A stretch of 64,000 nucleotides of DNA, taken from contig CAWDPO010000033.1 of assembly GCA_963804165.1 (NCBI GenBank), forward strand, positions 1-64,000. Direction: 5' to 3'. The translations under genes were made by a program, and so were the position numbers. The DNA is from an uncultured delta proteobacterium. GTDB taxonomy: Bacteria; Desulfobacterota; Binatia; UBA9968. Every line of letters begins with the position of its first letter. Positions within the stretch are counted from its first letter, which is position 1. The notes under the pieces were generated by a model. That model did not search any database, was not told the DNA's origin, and was given only the letters and a program-made list of their open reading frames with translations. Shown here in pieces: positions 21,355 through 33,306 of the stretch.

Positions 21355-21411
21355 TAAGATTATAGTAATCTATAATTATAATATTCGCAAGAGCTAATAT
21401 ACGAATATACT
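21355..21411. promoter_or_regulatory. AT-rich promoter/operator region of the second ArsR
   Basis: Inverted repeat ATATTCG (21381-21387) ... CGAATAT (21402-21408); several TATAAT-like hexamers. Confidence 0.5.
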
Positions 21412-21555
21412 AATCACATTCGTTATTCGCGACTTATACACTGGAATGTCTCCGACGTATCAAAAATTCGAACTCAGGCGGTCGAGCAATTTTTAGAAAT
21501 GGTCCGTTGAATCGTTTCTGTTCGCCGTGTTAAGTAGGCTTACGAAGGAGAACTT

Positions 21556-21948
21556 ATGGCGCGGATTGTACACATCGCACTCAAGGTCGATGACTTGGAA
21601 AAAGCTACGGAATTCTACGAAAAGGGCTTCGGCTTCGTCGAGATGGAAACCGGCCAGGTGAGAGACCACACCTCGCGCCATCTGACCGATGGCACGATCG
21701 ATCTTGCGCTGATCAAATATGACAGCGAGGACTCGGCCGAAGCGCGCGCTTCGGGTCTCGGCCCGTGTATCCATCACTTTGCCATCGAAGTCGACGACAT
21801 GAAGGATTCCGCCGCTCAATTGCAAAAATACGGCTGCGAAATCATTAGCGACCCCGGAGTGATCCCGATCAAGTTTCGTGCTCCCGGCGGCACAGTGGCC
21901 GAAATCGTGCCGAAGGCGAGATACAAGAAACCGAAGGAAATGGAGTGA
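21556..21948 (+). CDS. VOC/glyoxalase family protein
   Basis: IVHIALKVDDLEKATEFY, IHHFAIEVDD, APGGTVAEI. Confidence 0.88.
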   Translation: MARIVHIALKVDDLEKATEFYEKGFGFVEMETGQVRDHTSRHLTDGTIDLALIKYDSEDSAEARASGLGPCIHHFAIEVDDMKDSAAQLQKYGCEIISDPGVIPIKFRAPGGTVAEIVPKARYKKPKEME

Positions 21949-22020
21949 TGGAATGTTGGAGTACTGGCGTGTTGGGTTCCGGAACATGAATCCATTACTC
22001 CACCACTCCAGTACTCCAAC
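21941..22020. repeat. GGAGT(G/A)NT-type iterated octamer inverted repeat
   Basis: TGGAGTGATGGAATGTTGGAGTACTGG ... CCATTACTCCACCACTCCAGTACTCCAAC; one arm recurs at 62535-62587. Confidence 0.7.
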
Positions 22021-22040
22021 GTTTCTTCCAGGAGTTCCCC

Positions 22041-22508
22041 ATGTCACTGCATGTTAAATCCGCGGATGTGCCGGAGCGCAAAGTAGTGCGCACCGGAGTG
22101 GAAGGCGAGGGCGCGATGGTGGTGCGAAGAGGCTATGGCAACGAGTGCAGCCTCATGTACGCCACGCGCGCGCCGGGCTATCACACAACACCGCACGCGC
22201 ACGAGGCGGAGCAGATCAATTACGTGCTCGAAGGCGAAATTTGGTTCTTTGTCGAGGAGCGCGGCTTTTTGTGCAAAGCCGGGGATTTCCATCGTATACC
22301 GTCCCACAAAATTCACTGGGCGTGGAACCGTTCCGACGGCGACGCGGTTGTCGTCGAGGCCCATTCTCCGGCGCTTGTCGCGGGCAAACTCCAGCTAACC
22401 TCGATCGGTCTTTTCGATGAAGCTGAAATTCCGCAGATGAGGCCGCCGAGCGAAAATAACTTTGTGCCCTACGATTGGCAGAGCGTGGAGCGCAAGATTT
22501 TTGGCTAG
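22041..22508 (+). CDS. Cupin domain protein
   Basis: PHAHEAEQINYVLEG and GDFHRIPSHKIH motifs. Confidence 0.88.
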   Translation: MSLHVKSADVPERKVVRTGVEGEGAMVVRRGYGNECSLMYATRAPGYHTTPHAHEAEQINYVLEGEIWFFVEERGFLCKAGDFHRIPSHKIHWAWNRSDGDAVVVEAHSPALVAGKLQLTSIGLFDEAEIPQMRPPSENNFVPYDWQSVERKIFG

Positions 22509-22699
22509 CCGGCGGTTGCTCGCGCGCTCTCGATGTTTCTCCCACAGGTTTCATTTGTTCTCCATGCTGGCAACGCCGTGACCGCGGCATCCACGCGCAC
22601 ATAAAACCTTCATGAACATGCGCCTCCCGCCCCAACGTCCGTGCCCTTGCGCCGATTGCCAATAAGCGCTATTCACAGCGCTCACGTGTAAAAATTTTT

Positions 22700-23161
22700 A
22701 TGGTACGCGACAAAGGCAATCTAATTTCTGCGGTTTGCCTCGCCGCTTTCGGGATCTACGTGATTTCGGTGGCGGCCAAACTGGCCTATGTGTCCGAGGT
22801 CGGGCCGGGACCGGGATTTTTTCCGCTCTGGCTCGGCATTCTCCTGGTGCTATTTGCTGCTGGATTAGTTTTCGCATCCCTGTCGACCCGCCAAAGCGAA
22901 GCCAAGGGTAAATCCCCATCATGGAGCGCTGCCGGTCGCGCGCTGGCCGGATGGTCGGCGCTGATGGTTGCTATCGCTCTTCTGGGCAGCATCGGATTTG
23001 CTCTGAGCTTTATCGTTCTCACGATGATCCTCATCGTCGCTTTGGATCGCCGCCCGGCTTTGCTCGCGGTCGGCGTCGGTATCGGCCTCGCGGTGGCATT
23101 CCATCTGATTTTTGTCGTCGCCCTCGATGTGTCTTTACCGAAGGCCTTTTGGGGATTCTGA
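22700..23161 (+). CDS. tctB: Tripartite tricarboxylate transporter small membrane subunit
   Basis: GPGPGFFP, hydrophobic helices, LDVSLP end; adjacent to tctA. Confidence 0.85.
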   Translation: MVRDKGNLISAVCLAAFGIYVISVAAKLAYVSEVGPGPGFFPLWLGILLVLFAAGLVFASLSTRQSEAKGKSPSWSAAGRALAGWSALMVAIALLGSIGFALSFIVLTMILIVALDRRPALLAVGVGIGLAVAFHLIFVVALDVSLPKAFWGF

Positions 23162-23183
23162 CTCCGGGTTAGATCGTTGAATC

Positions 23184-24695
23184 ATGGAGGACCTCGGTAA
23201 TCTCTTGCTTGGGTTTTCGGTCGCGCTGACGCCGATAAATCTGTTTTGGTGCTTGGTCGGTGTGATCCTGGGCACCATGGTCGGCGTCTTGCCGGGTTTG
23301 GGACCGGCGGCGACCATCGCGATGCTGCTGCCGCTGACGCTCAAAATGGACCACACGACGGCCATCATCGCGCTCGCGGGCATTTTCTACGGCGCGCGCT
23401 ATGGCGGCTCGACGACCTCGATCCTCTTGAACATCCCCGGGGAATCCTCCTCGGTCGTTACCTGTCTGGACGGCTATCAGATGGCGCGTCAAGGCCGAGG
23501 AGGAGCGGCGTTAGGTATTTCCGCCATTGCTTCATTTATCGCGGGGACCGTAGGCGTGCTCGGGTTGATGCTGATCGCGCCGCCATTGGCGCGCTTCGCG
23601 TTGCGCTTTGCCCCGCCCGAGTATTTCGCCTTGATGGTTTTGGGCCTGGCCATGGTCGTTTTCTTGGCCGGAGAGTCTATGGTCAAAGCGCTCCTGGCCA
23701 TGCTCGTCGGCCTTTGGCTCGCGACGATCGGCACGGATCTCTTCACCGGTGAATCGCGGTTTACCTTCGGCCAAGTCAAGCTGCTCGGTGGCGTCGACTT
23801 CATCGCGGCGACTGTCGGGGTGTTTGCGATCGGCGAAGTTCTGGTGAACTTGGAATCGCGAGGCGGCGCGGAGATTTTCAAGCTTGCGAAAGGGCTAAGA
23901 AACCTTTTGCCGACGCTGCAAGATCTCAAGGATTGCCGCTTTGCTTTTTTGAATGGCTCGGTGGTCGGCTTCGTTGTCGGTGCCCTACCCGGCGCCGGCG
24001 CAACGGTGGCGTCGTTTTTGTCTTACGGTCTCGAAAAGGCGGTGTCCCGGCATCCGGAGAAATTCGGCACCGGCGTGATCGAAGGCGTGGCCGCACCCGA
24101 GGGCGCCAACAACGCCGATGCCGGCGGCGCTCTGGTGCCCTTGCTGACGCTCGGCATCCCCGGCGGTAATACCACCGCGATCCTTTTGGGCGGCCTCATC
24201 CTCTGGGGCTATAAGCCGGGGCCATTGCTGATTCAGGAACATCCCGAGCTTTTCTGGGGACTGGTCGCGAGCATGTACATCGGCAACGTCTTGCTATTGG
24301 TTTTGAATCTGCCGTTGGTGCCGTTATTCGCGCAGATTTTGCGCCTGCCTTATTACGTCCTCTATCCGCTTATCCTCGGTATTTCCATGGTCGGCGTTTA
24401 CAGCGTCAACAGCAGCTTATTCGACGTGTGGATGATGGGCCTCTTCGGTTTGCTCGGTTACCTGATGCGCAAACTCGATTTTCCGGCGGCGGCGCTGATT
24501 TTGGGAATGGTGCTGGGTGACGGGCTCGAGCGAGCGTTGCGCCAATCGTTGATGATGTCGCAGGGAGACATCACCATCCTCGCGACCCGTCCCATTTCCG
24601 GTACCTTGCTGTTCTTCGCCGCCGTGATTTTATGTTTGCCGGTGGTTCGCAAAGTGCGCTCCTGGCGGATCGAAGCTATTGAGCGCGAGGGCTGA
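23184..24695 (+). CDS. tctA: Tripartite tricarboxylate transporter permease
   Basis: [42 protein letters not shown]. Confidence 0.95.
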   Translation: MEDLGNLLLGFSVALTPINLFWCLVGVILGTMVGVLPGLGPAATIAMLLPLTLKMDHTTAIIALAGIFYGARYGGSTTSILLNIPGESSSVVTCLDGYQMARQGRGGAALGISAIASFIAGTVGVLGLMLIAPPLARFALRFAPPEYFALMVLGLAMVVFLAGESMVKALLAMLVGLWLATIGTDLFTGESRFTFGQVKLLGGVDFIAATVGVFAIGEVLVNLESRGGAEIFKLAKGLRNLLPTLQDLKDCRFAFLNGSVVGFVVGALPGAGATVASFLSYGLEKAVSRHPEKFGTGVIEGVAAPEGANNADAGGALVPLLTLGIPGGNTTAILLGGLILWGYKPGPLLIQEHPELFWGLVASMYIGNVLLLVLNLPLVPLFAQILRLPYYVLYPLILGISMVGVYSVNSSLFDVWMMGLFGLLGYLMRKLDFPAAALILGMVLGDGLERALRQSLMMSQGDITILATRPISGTLLFFAAVILCLPVVRKVRSWRIEAIEREG

Positions 24696-24751
24696 AGATG
24701 ATAGGTGCCGCTGAGACATGTGCGGCGACAATTTCACGGGAGGCATTGAAG

Positions 24752-25738
24752 ATGAAACAACATAGAGAGATCCTATTTCCGATCACCATCGCGACGATCA
24801 TGGTCCTGTCGTTGGGTCTTGCCTGGAGCCAGGAGTTCAAGCCCAGCAAGCAGATCGAAGCCGTGGTCCATACCGGTCCCGGCGGCGGATCGGATCTGTT
24901 GGCGCGCGCGATTGCCGAATTGCTGCAAAAAGAAAAGCTCATCTCGCAGCGCATGCAAGTCGTCAACAAGCCCGGCGGCGGACCCGCCGTCGCGATGTCT
25001 TATCTCGCGGAAAAGAAGGGCGAGACGCACACCATCGGTTTCTTTACCGGCGTGTGGGTGACCAATCCCCTGACCACCGCTGAGGCGAGCGTCACCGTGA
25101 AAGACTTGACGCCGATCGTCCGTCTCGTTTTGGAACCGGCCGTGATCGCGGTCAAAGCCGACTCGCCCTACAAAAATATGCAAGATTTTGTCGAGGCGGC
25201 GAAGAAAAATCCTAAAAAACTCGCGCAATCCGGCGGCTCGATTACATCGCGGGACAATTTGATGCGCCTGCTGCTACAAAAGGCCACTGGGGCACAGTGG
25301 AACTTCATTTCCTTCCCGAGCGGCGGCGAGCGTCTTTCGAATCTCTTGGGCGGCCATGTTCAAATGATGGTGATCGAACCCCAAGAAGCCGGCGAGCAGA
25401 TTCGCGCCGGAAATTTGCGCGTCATCGCGTCCTTGACGGAGAAACGACTGGCGGCCCTGCCGAACGTTCCCACCATCAAGGAGCAAGGCATCGACATTCC
25501 GCTTATCCCTCAAGCCCGCGGAGTCCTCGCCCCGCCGGGCGCGTCGCGAGAAGTGGTGCAATACTGGGAAGGCGTCTTCGATCGCTTTTCGAAGACCGCG
25601 GCGTGGCAACAGTACCTGGAACAGAATCAGTTCGAAGACGGTTACCTCAAAGGACCCGGGCTCGGCAAGTTCTTGGACGAACTGACCGTGCAGATGCGCG
25701 ACGTGCTCAAAGAGGCGGGCGCCAAGGTGGTGCGTTAA
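24752..25738 (+). CDS. tctC: Tripartite tricarboxylate transporter substrate-binding protein (Bug/TctC)
   Basis: PGGGSDLLAR, VVNKPGGG, LLGGHV, LPNVPTIKEQG; signal peptide. Confidence 0.9.
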   Translation: MKQHREILFPITIATIMVLSLGLAWSQEFKPSKQIEAVVHTGPGGGSDLLARAIAELLQKEKLISQRMQVVNKPGGGPAVAMSYLAEKKGETHTIGFFTGVWVTNPLTTAEASVTVKDLTPIVRLVLEPAVIAVKADSPYKNMQDFVEAAKKNPKKLAQSGGSITSRDNLMRLLLQKATGAQWNFISFPSGGERLSNLLGGHVQMMVIEPQEAGEQIRAGNLRVIASLTEKRLAALPNVPTIKEQGIDIPLIPQARGVLAPPGASREVVQYWEGVFDRFSKTAAWQQYLEQNQFEDGYLKGPGLGKFLDELTVQMRDVLKEAGAKVVR

Positions 25739-25745
25739 TTTTTCT

Positions 25746-27113
25746 ATGAACGCCACGCAGCGTCTGGCGCGCTTTGCCCTCGACCTCAAGTACAAGCAGA
25801 TTCCGGCTGAAGTCATCGATCGGGCCAAGGCTTGTATCTTAGACATTCTGGCGGTCTCATTGTATGGCTCGACGAAGCCGTGGAGCCGCACGGTTAGCGG
25901 ATTCGTTCGGGACTCCGCGTTGCGCGGCCTTTCCACCGTGATTGGAGAAGATTTCTCGGCGCAGCCGGCGCAGGCGACCCTCGCGAACGGCGTCATGGCC
26001 CACGCCTTCGAGCTCGACAACGTGCGCCAGCCGGGGGCGGGCGTACATCCCGGCGCGACGGCATTTCTCCCTGCCTTTGCGATGGCGGAAGAAACGAAAG
26101 CCGATGGCAAATCATTGCTCACGGCCTTTGTCGCCGCGTGCGAAGTGATGTCGCGCATCGGCGTTGCCGCGGGGAACTCGCTTGAGAGAAGAGGTTTTCA
26201 CGCGCCCGGCTTGACCGGTACTTTTGGCGCCGCGGTGGCGGCCGGCAAGCTCTTGGGATTCAATGATAGGAAGATGGTCAACGCTCTCGGTATCGCGGCG
26301 TCGTACTCCGGCGGCCTGATCGAATTTTCCCGCTGCCAGGAAGGCGCGATGATCAAGCGGCTCCACCTCGGCAAAGCAGGGGAAGGAGGAGTGACCGCGG
26401 CGTTGCTGGCGAACAGAGGTTTCGCCGGGCCGGAAAGCATCCTCGAAGGAAAGTTCGGCTTTTGCCAGACGTATTCCGATTCGCCGCGGCTTGCCTATCT
26501 CACGCACCGCCTGGGCCGCGAGTTCGAATGCATGAATATTGGCATCAAGCGCTGCGCCTGCCACATCAACGCGCACGCGCCGATCGAGGCGCTGCAAGCG
26601 CTTCAAGCCGAGACAGAATTCAAGCCGGAAGACGTGCGTGAAATTACCGTCGGCGGCATCGAGAAGTTGGTGACGCATCACGCCATCTATCAACCCAAAG
26701 ACTTGATGATGGCGCAGTACAGCATCCCGTTCTGCGTCGCACTGAGTCTGTACGACGATCCGACCGATCCTGATTCTTTTGACGAGAAAAAGCTCAAGGA
26801 CAAAAAAATCCTCGCCATGATGCGCAAGATCCGGCTCAAAGTCGATCGTGAAATCGAACAAAAAGGCTGGGACCGCGCCGCGCGAGTGACCATCAGTCTT
26901 GCCAACAAGCAACGACCGTCCAAGCTGATTATCCATTTCAAAGGCACGCCGCGAAATCCGTTAAGCCAACTGGAGGTCGAGGAAAAGGCGCGCAAGCTGA
27001 CGCGCGCGATCTTGTCCGAACGGCAGCTCGAGCAGCTAGTCGCGGCAGTCAAAGATTTGGAGAAGCTCGATGATGTTTCGTCCATTGGCGATTTGCTGCG
27101 AAGCTCACGATGA
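25746..27113 (+). CDS. MmgE/PrpD family protein
   Basis: NGVMAHAFELDN, VHPG, RGFH, KRLHLG, ILEGKFGF, AQYSIPF, KGTPRNPLS. Confidence 0.92.
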   Translation: MNATQRLARFALDLKYKQIPAEVIDRAKACILDILAVSLYGSTKPWSRTVSGFVRDSALRGLSTVIGEDFSAQPAQATLANGVMAHAFELDNVRQPGAGVHPGATAFLPAFAMAEETKADGKSLLTAFVAACEVMSRIGVAAGNSLERRGFHAPGLTGTFGAAVAAGKLLGFNDRKMVNALGIAASYSGGLIEFSRCQEGAMIKRLHLGKAGEGGVTAALLANRGFAGPESILEGKFGFCQTYSDSPRLAYLTHRLGREFECMNIGIKRCACHINAHAPIEALQALQAETEFKPEDVREITVGGIEKLVTHHAIYQPKDLMMAQYSIPFCVALSLYDDPTDPDSFDEKKLKDKKILAMMRKIRLKVDREIEQKGWDRAARVTISLANKQRPSKLIIHFKGTPRNPLSQLEVEEKARKLTRAILSERQLEQLVAAVKDLEKLDDVSSIGDLLRSSR

Positions 27114-28225
27114 AAATCGTCGCCCTCGAGACTTATTCACTCGTGCTGCCGATTAAAGAGATCTATGGCGGCGCCGCCGGCTTCCTCGAAGATTGCCGCA
27201 CGTTGATCGTCAGGGTCGAGACCGAAAACGGGATCGAAGGCTGGGGCGAAGCGACCCAGGGGCGGCCCGGCAATACTTACGAGACCCTGGAAACGATGGA
27301 GATCATGGCGCAAAAATATTTTGCGCCGGTTCTCATCGGCATGGACTTGGAAGAAACCGGCGCAGTCGTGAGCAAACTCCACGGAGTTCGCTCCGGCCAT
27401 CCGCTCACCAAATCGGCTATCGAAACTGCGCTCTTCGACGCTCTCGGAAAAGTCTATCGGGTTCCGCTCTGCCGCTTTTTCGGCGGGCCGTATCGGCGGG
27501 AGATAAACTTGGTGGGTGGGTTGGGCATGGATCTCGGTCCCGAAGCGATCGGCGCGCGCGCCGGTCAGCTCAAGCAAGAGGGTTTCCGAACCTTCAAGAT
27601 AAAAATCGGCCAGCAAGATCACCAGAGCGATATCGCGCGAGTGCGCGCCGTACGCCGCGCGGTCGGTGACGACGCGCAGATTCGAGTGGATGGCAATGCT
27701 TGCTATTCATTCGTCGACGCTCGAAATGTCTTGAACGAGCTCAGCCAGTTTCATATCACCGACGCCGAGCAGCCTTTGGCGCGCGGCGATCTTCAAAGCC
27801 TCGCTGAATTGCGCCGCGCCGTCGGTATCCCCATCGCCGCTCAGGAAAGCGTGAGCTCGCCGGAAGACGCTTTGGCGATGCTCGAAGCTCGAGCGGCGGA
27901 TCTTCTAAAGATCAAACTGAGTCACATCGGCGGGTTTCAGAGAGGACTCGATGTCGCCGCGGTGGTCGGCGCCAGGGGGCTTCCCGTCGTCATCGGCCAG
28001 GGTAGCGCATGCACGACGATACTTTCCGCGGCGGAGATGCAACTGCACTGCGCATTGAAGAACGCCCAACCCGGCGGCGAGATGACGGGATTCATGCGCC
28101 TCGGCGAGCAAGATATTTTTAGTGCCATCCCAGTATCTCAGGGAAGGGCGTGTCCGGCCATGACCGCGGGACATGGCATAACGGTCGACAAAAAGAAGCT
28201 GCAGCGTTTCGCGGGAAAACTTTAG
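27110..28225 (+). CDS. Enolase superfamily, muconate-cycloisomerase-like enzyme
   Basis: GIEGWGE, AIETALFD, FKIKIG, RVDGN, EQP, KIKLSHIGG. Confidence 0.88.
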   Translation: MKIVALETYSLVLPIKEIYGGAAGFLEDCRTLIVRVETENGIEGWGEATQGRPGNTYETLETMEIMAQKYFAPVLIGMDLEETGAVVSKLHGVRSGHPLTKSAIETALFDALGKVYRVPLCRFFGGPYRREINLVGGLGMDLGPEAIGARAGQLKQEGFRTFKIKIGQQDHQSDIARVRAVRRAVGDDAQIRVDGNACYSFVDARNVLNELSQFHITDAEQPLARGDLQSLAELRRAVGIPIAAQESVSSPEDALAMLEARAADLLKIKLSHIGGFQRGLDVAAVVGARGLPVVIGQGSACTTILSAAEMQLHCALKNAQPGGEMTGFMRLGEQDIFSAIPVSQGRACPAMTAGHGITVDKKKLQRFAGKL

Positions 28226-28383
28226 ACGCTCGGCTGAGCAAGCGGCCTCGTTAAGTCTCATCGCAAATTGAAGTCCTCCCGCGAAAATTGCGCCGACGTC
28301 GTCGCGGCATGAAGAAGTGACACGGAAAGAGAACGACGGTAGGCGCGAACTCGGGCAGCGCACGACTTGTACCAGCACATCTC

Positions 28384-30072
28384 ATGGCTCGAAATGTCGC
28401 TGATTGGATTCTCGCCAATGGTGAGATATCGACCGGCCATCCGCGCATTCCTCGCGCGCAGGCCCTAGCCATCGCGGGCGAGCGCATTGTGGCGCTGGGG
28501 TCCACGCGGGAATTGCGGCGAAGGCGCGGGAGCGAAACTCGTTGGGTGGATTTAGACGGCGCCACCGTCATACCCGGATTCGTGGATGCGCACGCGCACA
28601 TGGACCGCGAAGGGCTCAAGTTTCTCTATCCGTCGCTCGAGTCCTGCCGTTCGATCTCCGATATTAAGTCGCTGATCCATAGAATGGCGTCTCGCCGATC
28701 CGCCGGTGAGTGGATCGTGACCATGCCCGTGGGCGCGCCGCCGTTTTATCTCAATGTTCCCGACTGTCTTGAGGAAAAGCGCATGCCGGAGCGAAAGGAT
28801 CTCGACGCCGCCGCGCCGGACCATCCGGTATATGTTCGCGGTATCTGGGGTTTCTGGAACAAGCCGCCGATTTTTTACGCCGGCAACAGCATGGCGCTGC
28901 GTTTAGCGGGAATCACGCGCGACGCCGTTGCCCCGACAGGCGTCGAGATTGTCAAAGACGCGGCAGGGGAGCCGACCGGTGTTTTTATCGAACACAACGT
29001 CACGCCGATTCTTGAATTTACCCTGCTCAAATCAGCGCCACGCTTTAAGCCGCCGGATCGGCTGCGTGCCCTGAAAGACGCGCAGAGGCGCTATCATGCT
29101 CGAGGCGTGACCAGCATTTACGAGGGGCACGGTGTTGCGCCTGAGCTGCTTGCCGCCTTCCGCGAACTGCACGCGAGCGGCGGTCTCTCGATGCGCAGCC
29201 ACCTGGCTCTGAGTCCGACATGGCGTTCGCGGCAAGAGGCGGAGCGGAATATTCCCGACCTAGCGGCCTGGGCCGGTGGCGATGGCATCGGCGACGCCTG
29301 GTTGCGGGTGGCGGGAATTTACCTGGGCTACGGCGGCGATGCCGAGATCTCGCGCATTCTCATCGAAGGATTGCCTTATACGGGTTGGGCGGGATTTGCC
29401 GAGCAGGCGCACGACGCGGCGGCTTATCTCGCGCTGGCGCGCCTGGCGCGAAGTCGCGGTCTGCGAGTTGGCACGATCGTCGGCGCGAAGCTCGAAGAGC
29501 TGCTCGAGATTTGGGAGGAGATCGATAAGGAGGCTCCGCTTCGCGGCCAACGCTGGGTGCTTGTCCACCTGGCGCGCGTTACGACGCGCCAAATGCAGCG
29601 GATCAATCGGCTCGGCGCGGTTGCGACGACCAATCCGCTGAGCCACATTTACTCTCCGCGCTCCCATAGGATGCGAGATATCGGCGACGGCGAGGAATGG
29701 CTGCCGCACCGGGAGCTGGTTCGGCAGCGAGTACCGTTCGGCATCGGCACCGACAACAAGATTGCCGATCCCTTCGTGGCGCTGTGGAGCGTCGTGGCGC
29801 GCGAGGATTTTTCCGGCGGCGTGATCGGACCGCGGCAAAGGCTCACGGCAAATCAAGCGCTACGGCAGTTGACGGCGGGCGGAGCCAGCGTGATCGGCCG
29901 CGAGCGCGAGTTGGGTTCTCTAGCGCCGGGCAAGCTCGCCGACCTGGTCGTTCTAAGCGACGATCCTCGGTCAATTCCGGTTGCAGATATTGCCAAAATC
30001 CGCGCGCGGCTGACGATGGTCGGGGGCCGCCCGGTGCATCGAGAGGATGCACCGAAAGGCGCTGAAGCGTAA
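28384..30072 (+). CDS. Amidohydrolase (YtcJ / Amidohydro_3-like)
   Basis: DLDGATVIPGFVDAHAH, LDAAAPDHPV, GEPTG, GTDN, GSLAPGKLADLVVL. Confidence 0.9.
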   Translation: MARNVADWILANGEISTGHPRIPRAQALAIAGERIVALGSTRELRRRRGSETRWVDLDGATVIPGFVDAHAHMDREGLKFLYPSLESCRSISDIKSLIHRMASRRSAGEWIVTMPVGAPPFYLNVPDCLEEKRMPERKDLDAAAPDHPVYVRGIWGFWNKPPIFYAGNSMALRLAGITRDAVAPTGVEIVKDAAGEPTGVFIEHNVTPILEFTLLKSAPRFKPPDRLRALKDAQRRYHARGVTSIYEGHGVAPELLAAFRELHASGGLSMRSHLALSPTWRSRQEAERNIPDLAAWAGGDGIGDAWLRVAGIYLGYGGDAEISRILIEGLPYTGWAGFAEQAHDAAAYLALARLARSRGLRVGTIVGAKLEELLEIWEEIDKEAPLRGQRWVLVHLARVTTRQMQRINRLGAVATTNPLSHIYSPRSHRMRDIGDGEEWLPHRELVRQRVPFGIGTDNKIADPFVALWSVVAREDFSGGVIGPRQRLTANQALRQLTAGGASVIGRERELGSLAPGKLADLVVLSDDPRSIPVADIAKIRARLTMVGGRPVHREDAPKGAEA

Positions 30073-30183
30073 CCGATTCGGTAATAGAGCGTGCGATTGC
30101 AGGTCGCATTACTGCGTGTCGATTCCGATGTTCGACTTTCCGTAATCACGAAGAGGAAAAATTCGCAGATGTTCCGTCGCTGG

Positions 30184-30790
30184 TTAACGAAGCGTTTTGA
30201 GACGCGCTTGCATTTCCGTGGCTGTAATCTGTTGTCCGTACAAGGGTCCGCCCTGAGCAAACAGCTTTGCGCTTTCGAGAGACCCGATGACGACTGGGTC
30301 AAACCCGGCGTCGCGGACTAGTCTCGACGCCGTCGCCAACGCCTTCTTGTCGTCGCCGGCGATGGGGATCGCCATGCGTTCGCCGGGACGATTGGCGTTA
30401 TTTGCGACGACTCGATAGTTGAGCGTGTTGAAGCGCGGACGATGCGCGCCTTGGGCAAGTATTTCGTCGACGTCGCGCCTATGCCGATCTCCCGGGCCTC
30501 TTTCGAAATTTCACCGTCGCGCGCCAACACCGCGTTGCCGGCATCAAGGACTATCTTGCCGGCAAGCTCCTGCACGTAATCCTTGCCGATCTGGGGGTAA
30601 GCGCCGTAAGGGACCGCGATAAGAATCGCGTCGCCGAAGGCCAGCGCCTCACGTACCGTATCGGCCCGGGCCAAAGGTCCGAGGTCAGCCACTAATTGCT
30701 TGAGATTTTCCGGATTGCGCGAAGAGAACAAGACTTGATGACCCGCTTTGATCCATAGCGTTCCCACCGTCCCGCCGATATTGCCGGAGG
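30184..30790 (-). pseudogene. NADPH-dependent F420 reductase-like oxidoreductase, 5'-truncated and frameshifted at about 30428
   Basis: SGNIGGTVG (partial Rossmann), AGHQVLFSSRNP, AVPY, DAGN, VRAFNT, IAGDD, GFDPV. Confidence 0.75.
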
Positions 30791-30802
30791 GCCTAGTGCT
30801 TC

Positions 30803-31009
30803 TTATTTGTTTTTTACGATTCTGTAGGCTTCCCCAATTGTGCGTTTGTCCGCATGGGGTAGCTTTGCTAGCTCACCCAAAAAGCCAACAAACTCCTCAA
30901 GCACAGCTTTAGCTTCTGTCGCTGTTAAGTCGTGCGGAATCCCGACTCGAATCGGAACTCCGCCGACTGTATCGTACCAAATCATCTCGGTTCCGCGTTG
31001 CAATGTCAC
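30803..31009 (-). CDS. Small hypothetical protein
   Basis: 68-aa ORF in a lower-GC patch; no recognisable motif. Confidence 0.35.
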   Translation of the reverse strand: MTLQRGTEMIWYDTVGGVPIRVGIPHDLTATEAKAVLEEFVGFLGELAKLPHADKRTIGEAYRIVKNK

Positions 31010-31315
31010 AAGTCGACCCCTTTCCCTCGTGGAATTTTTGATTACAATTCATCTGGCGATTCTTTGACGGTTTAACGGTCGTGCCACTCGCAAAAAGCTG
31101 CGTTAGAAATGTCCATTTTGCCGAGCTTAACGTGAAGCGGATTAAAAACGGTCCAATATTAGACAATTTTGAAAAAAAATGGGGGCGGCTGGTGGATGTG
31201 GTCAAGTGCGTTACAGCGGTCGATGATCGACTGATCGGCAGTCACCGGATCTCTAGAATTGAAGATCGGTGCTAAAAAAATTCGGGATCAAAATTAAGAG
31301 AAATAATCGTTCCAA

Positions 31316-32998
<1,683 letters not shown>

Positions 32999-33053
32999 GA
33001 TTCTAAATTGACTACCTGGAAAATAATATTTGACTCTTAGAACTTCGGCGTGA

Positions 33054-33129
33054 TTCACCGCGGCGGCGCCCATGGCGCGGAGTAGAGTCACTAGAAAAAC
33101 CTCTGCGAACTCCGCGTCTCTGTGGTGAA
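33054..33129. repeat. REP/REPIN-like inverted pair
   Basis: TTCACCGCGGCGGCGC... / CTCTGCGAACTCCGCGTCTCTGTGGTGAA. Confidence 0.5.
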
Positions 33130-33306
33130 TCCTTCTTTACGCAGCTCAAGAATAATAACGCTAACCTGTCAGCTTGGAATGTGCAAGAAAGGCACCTTTG
33201 TCTAGATGTGGAACTGCTGAAGAAATTCAGCCGTCGCGTCGGCCAATAAATCTGTCCCGCTCAATTAGAGCATTTCCATAAATTCTCCAGCTGATTCCGG
33301 CCGAGC

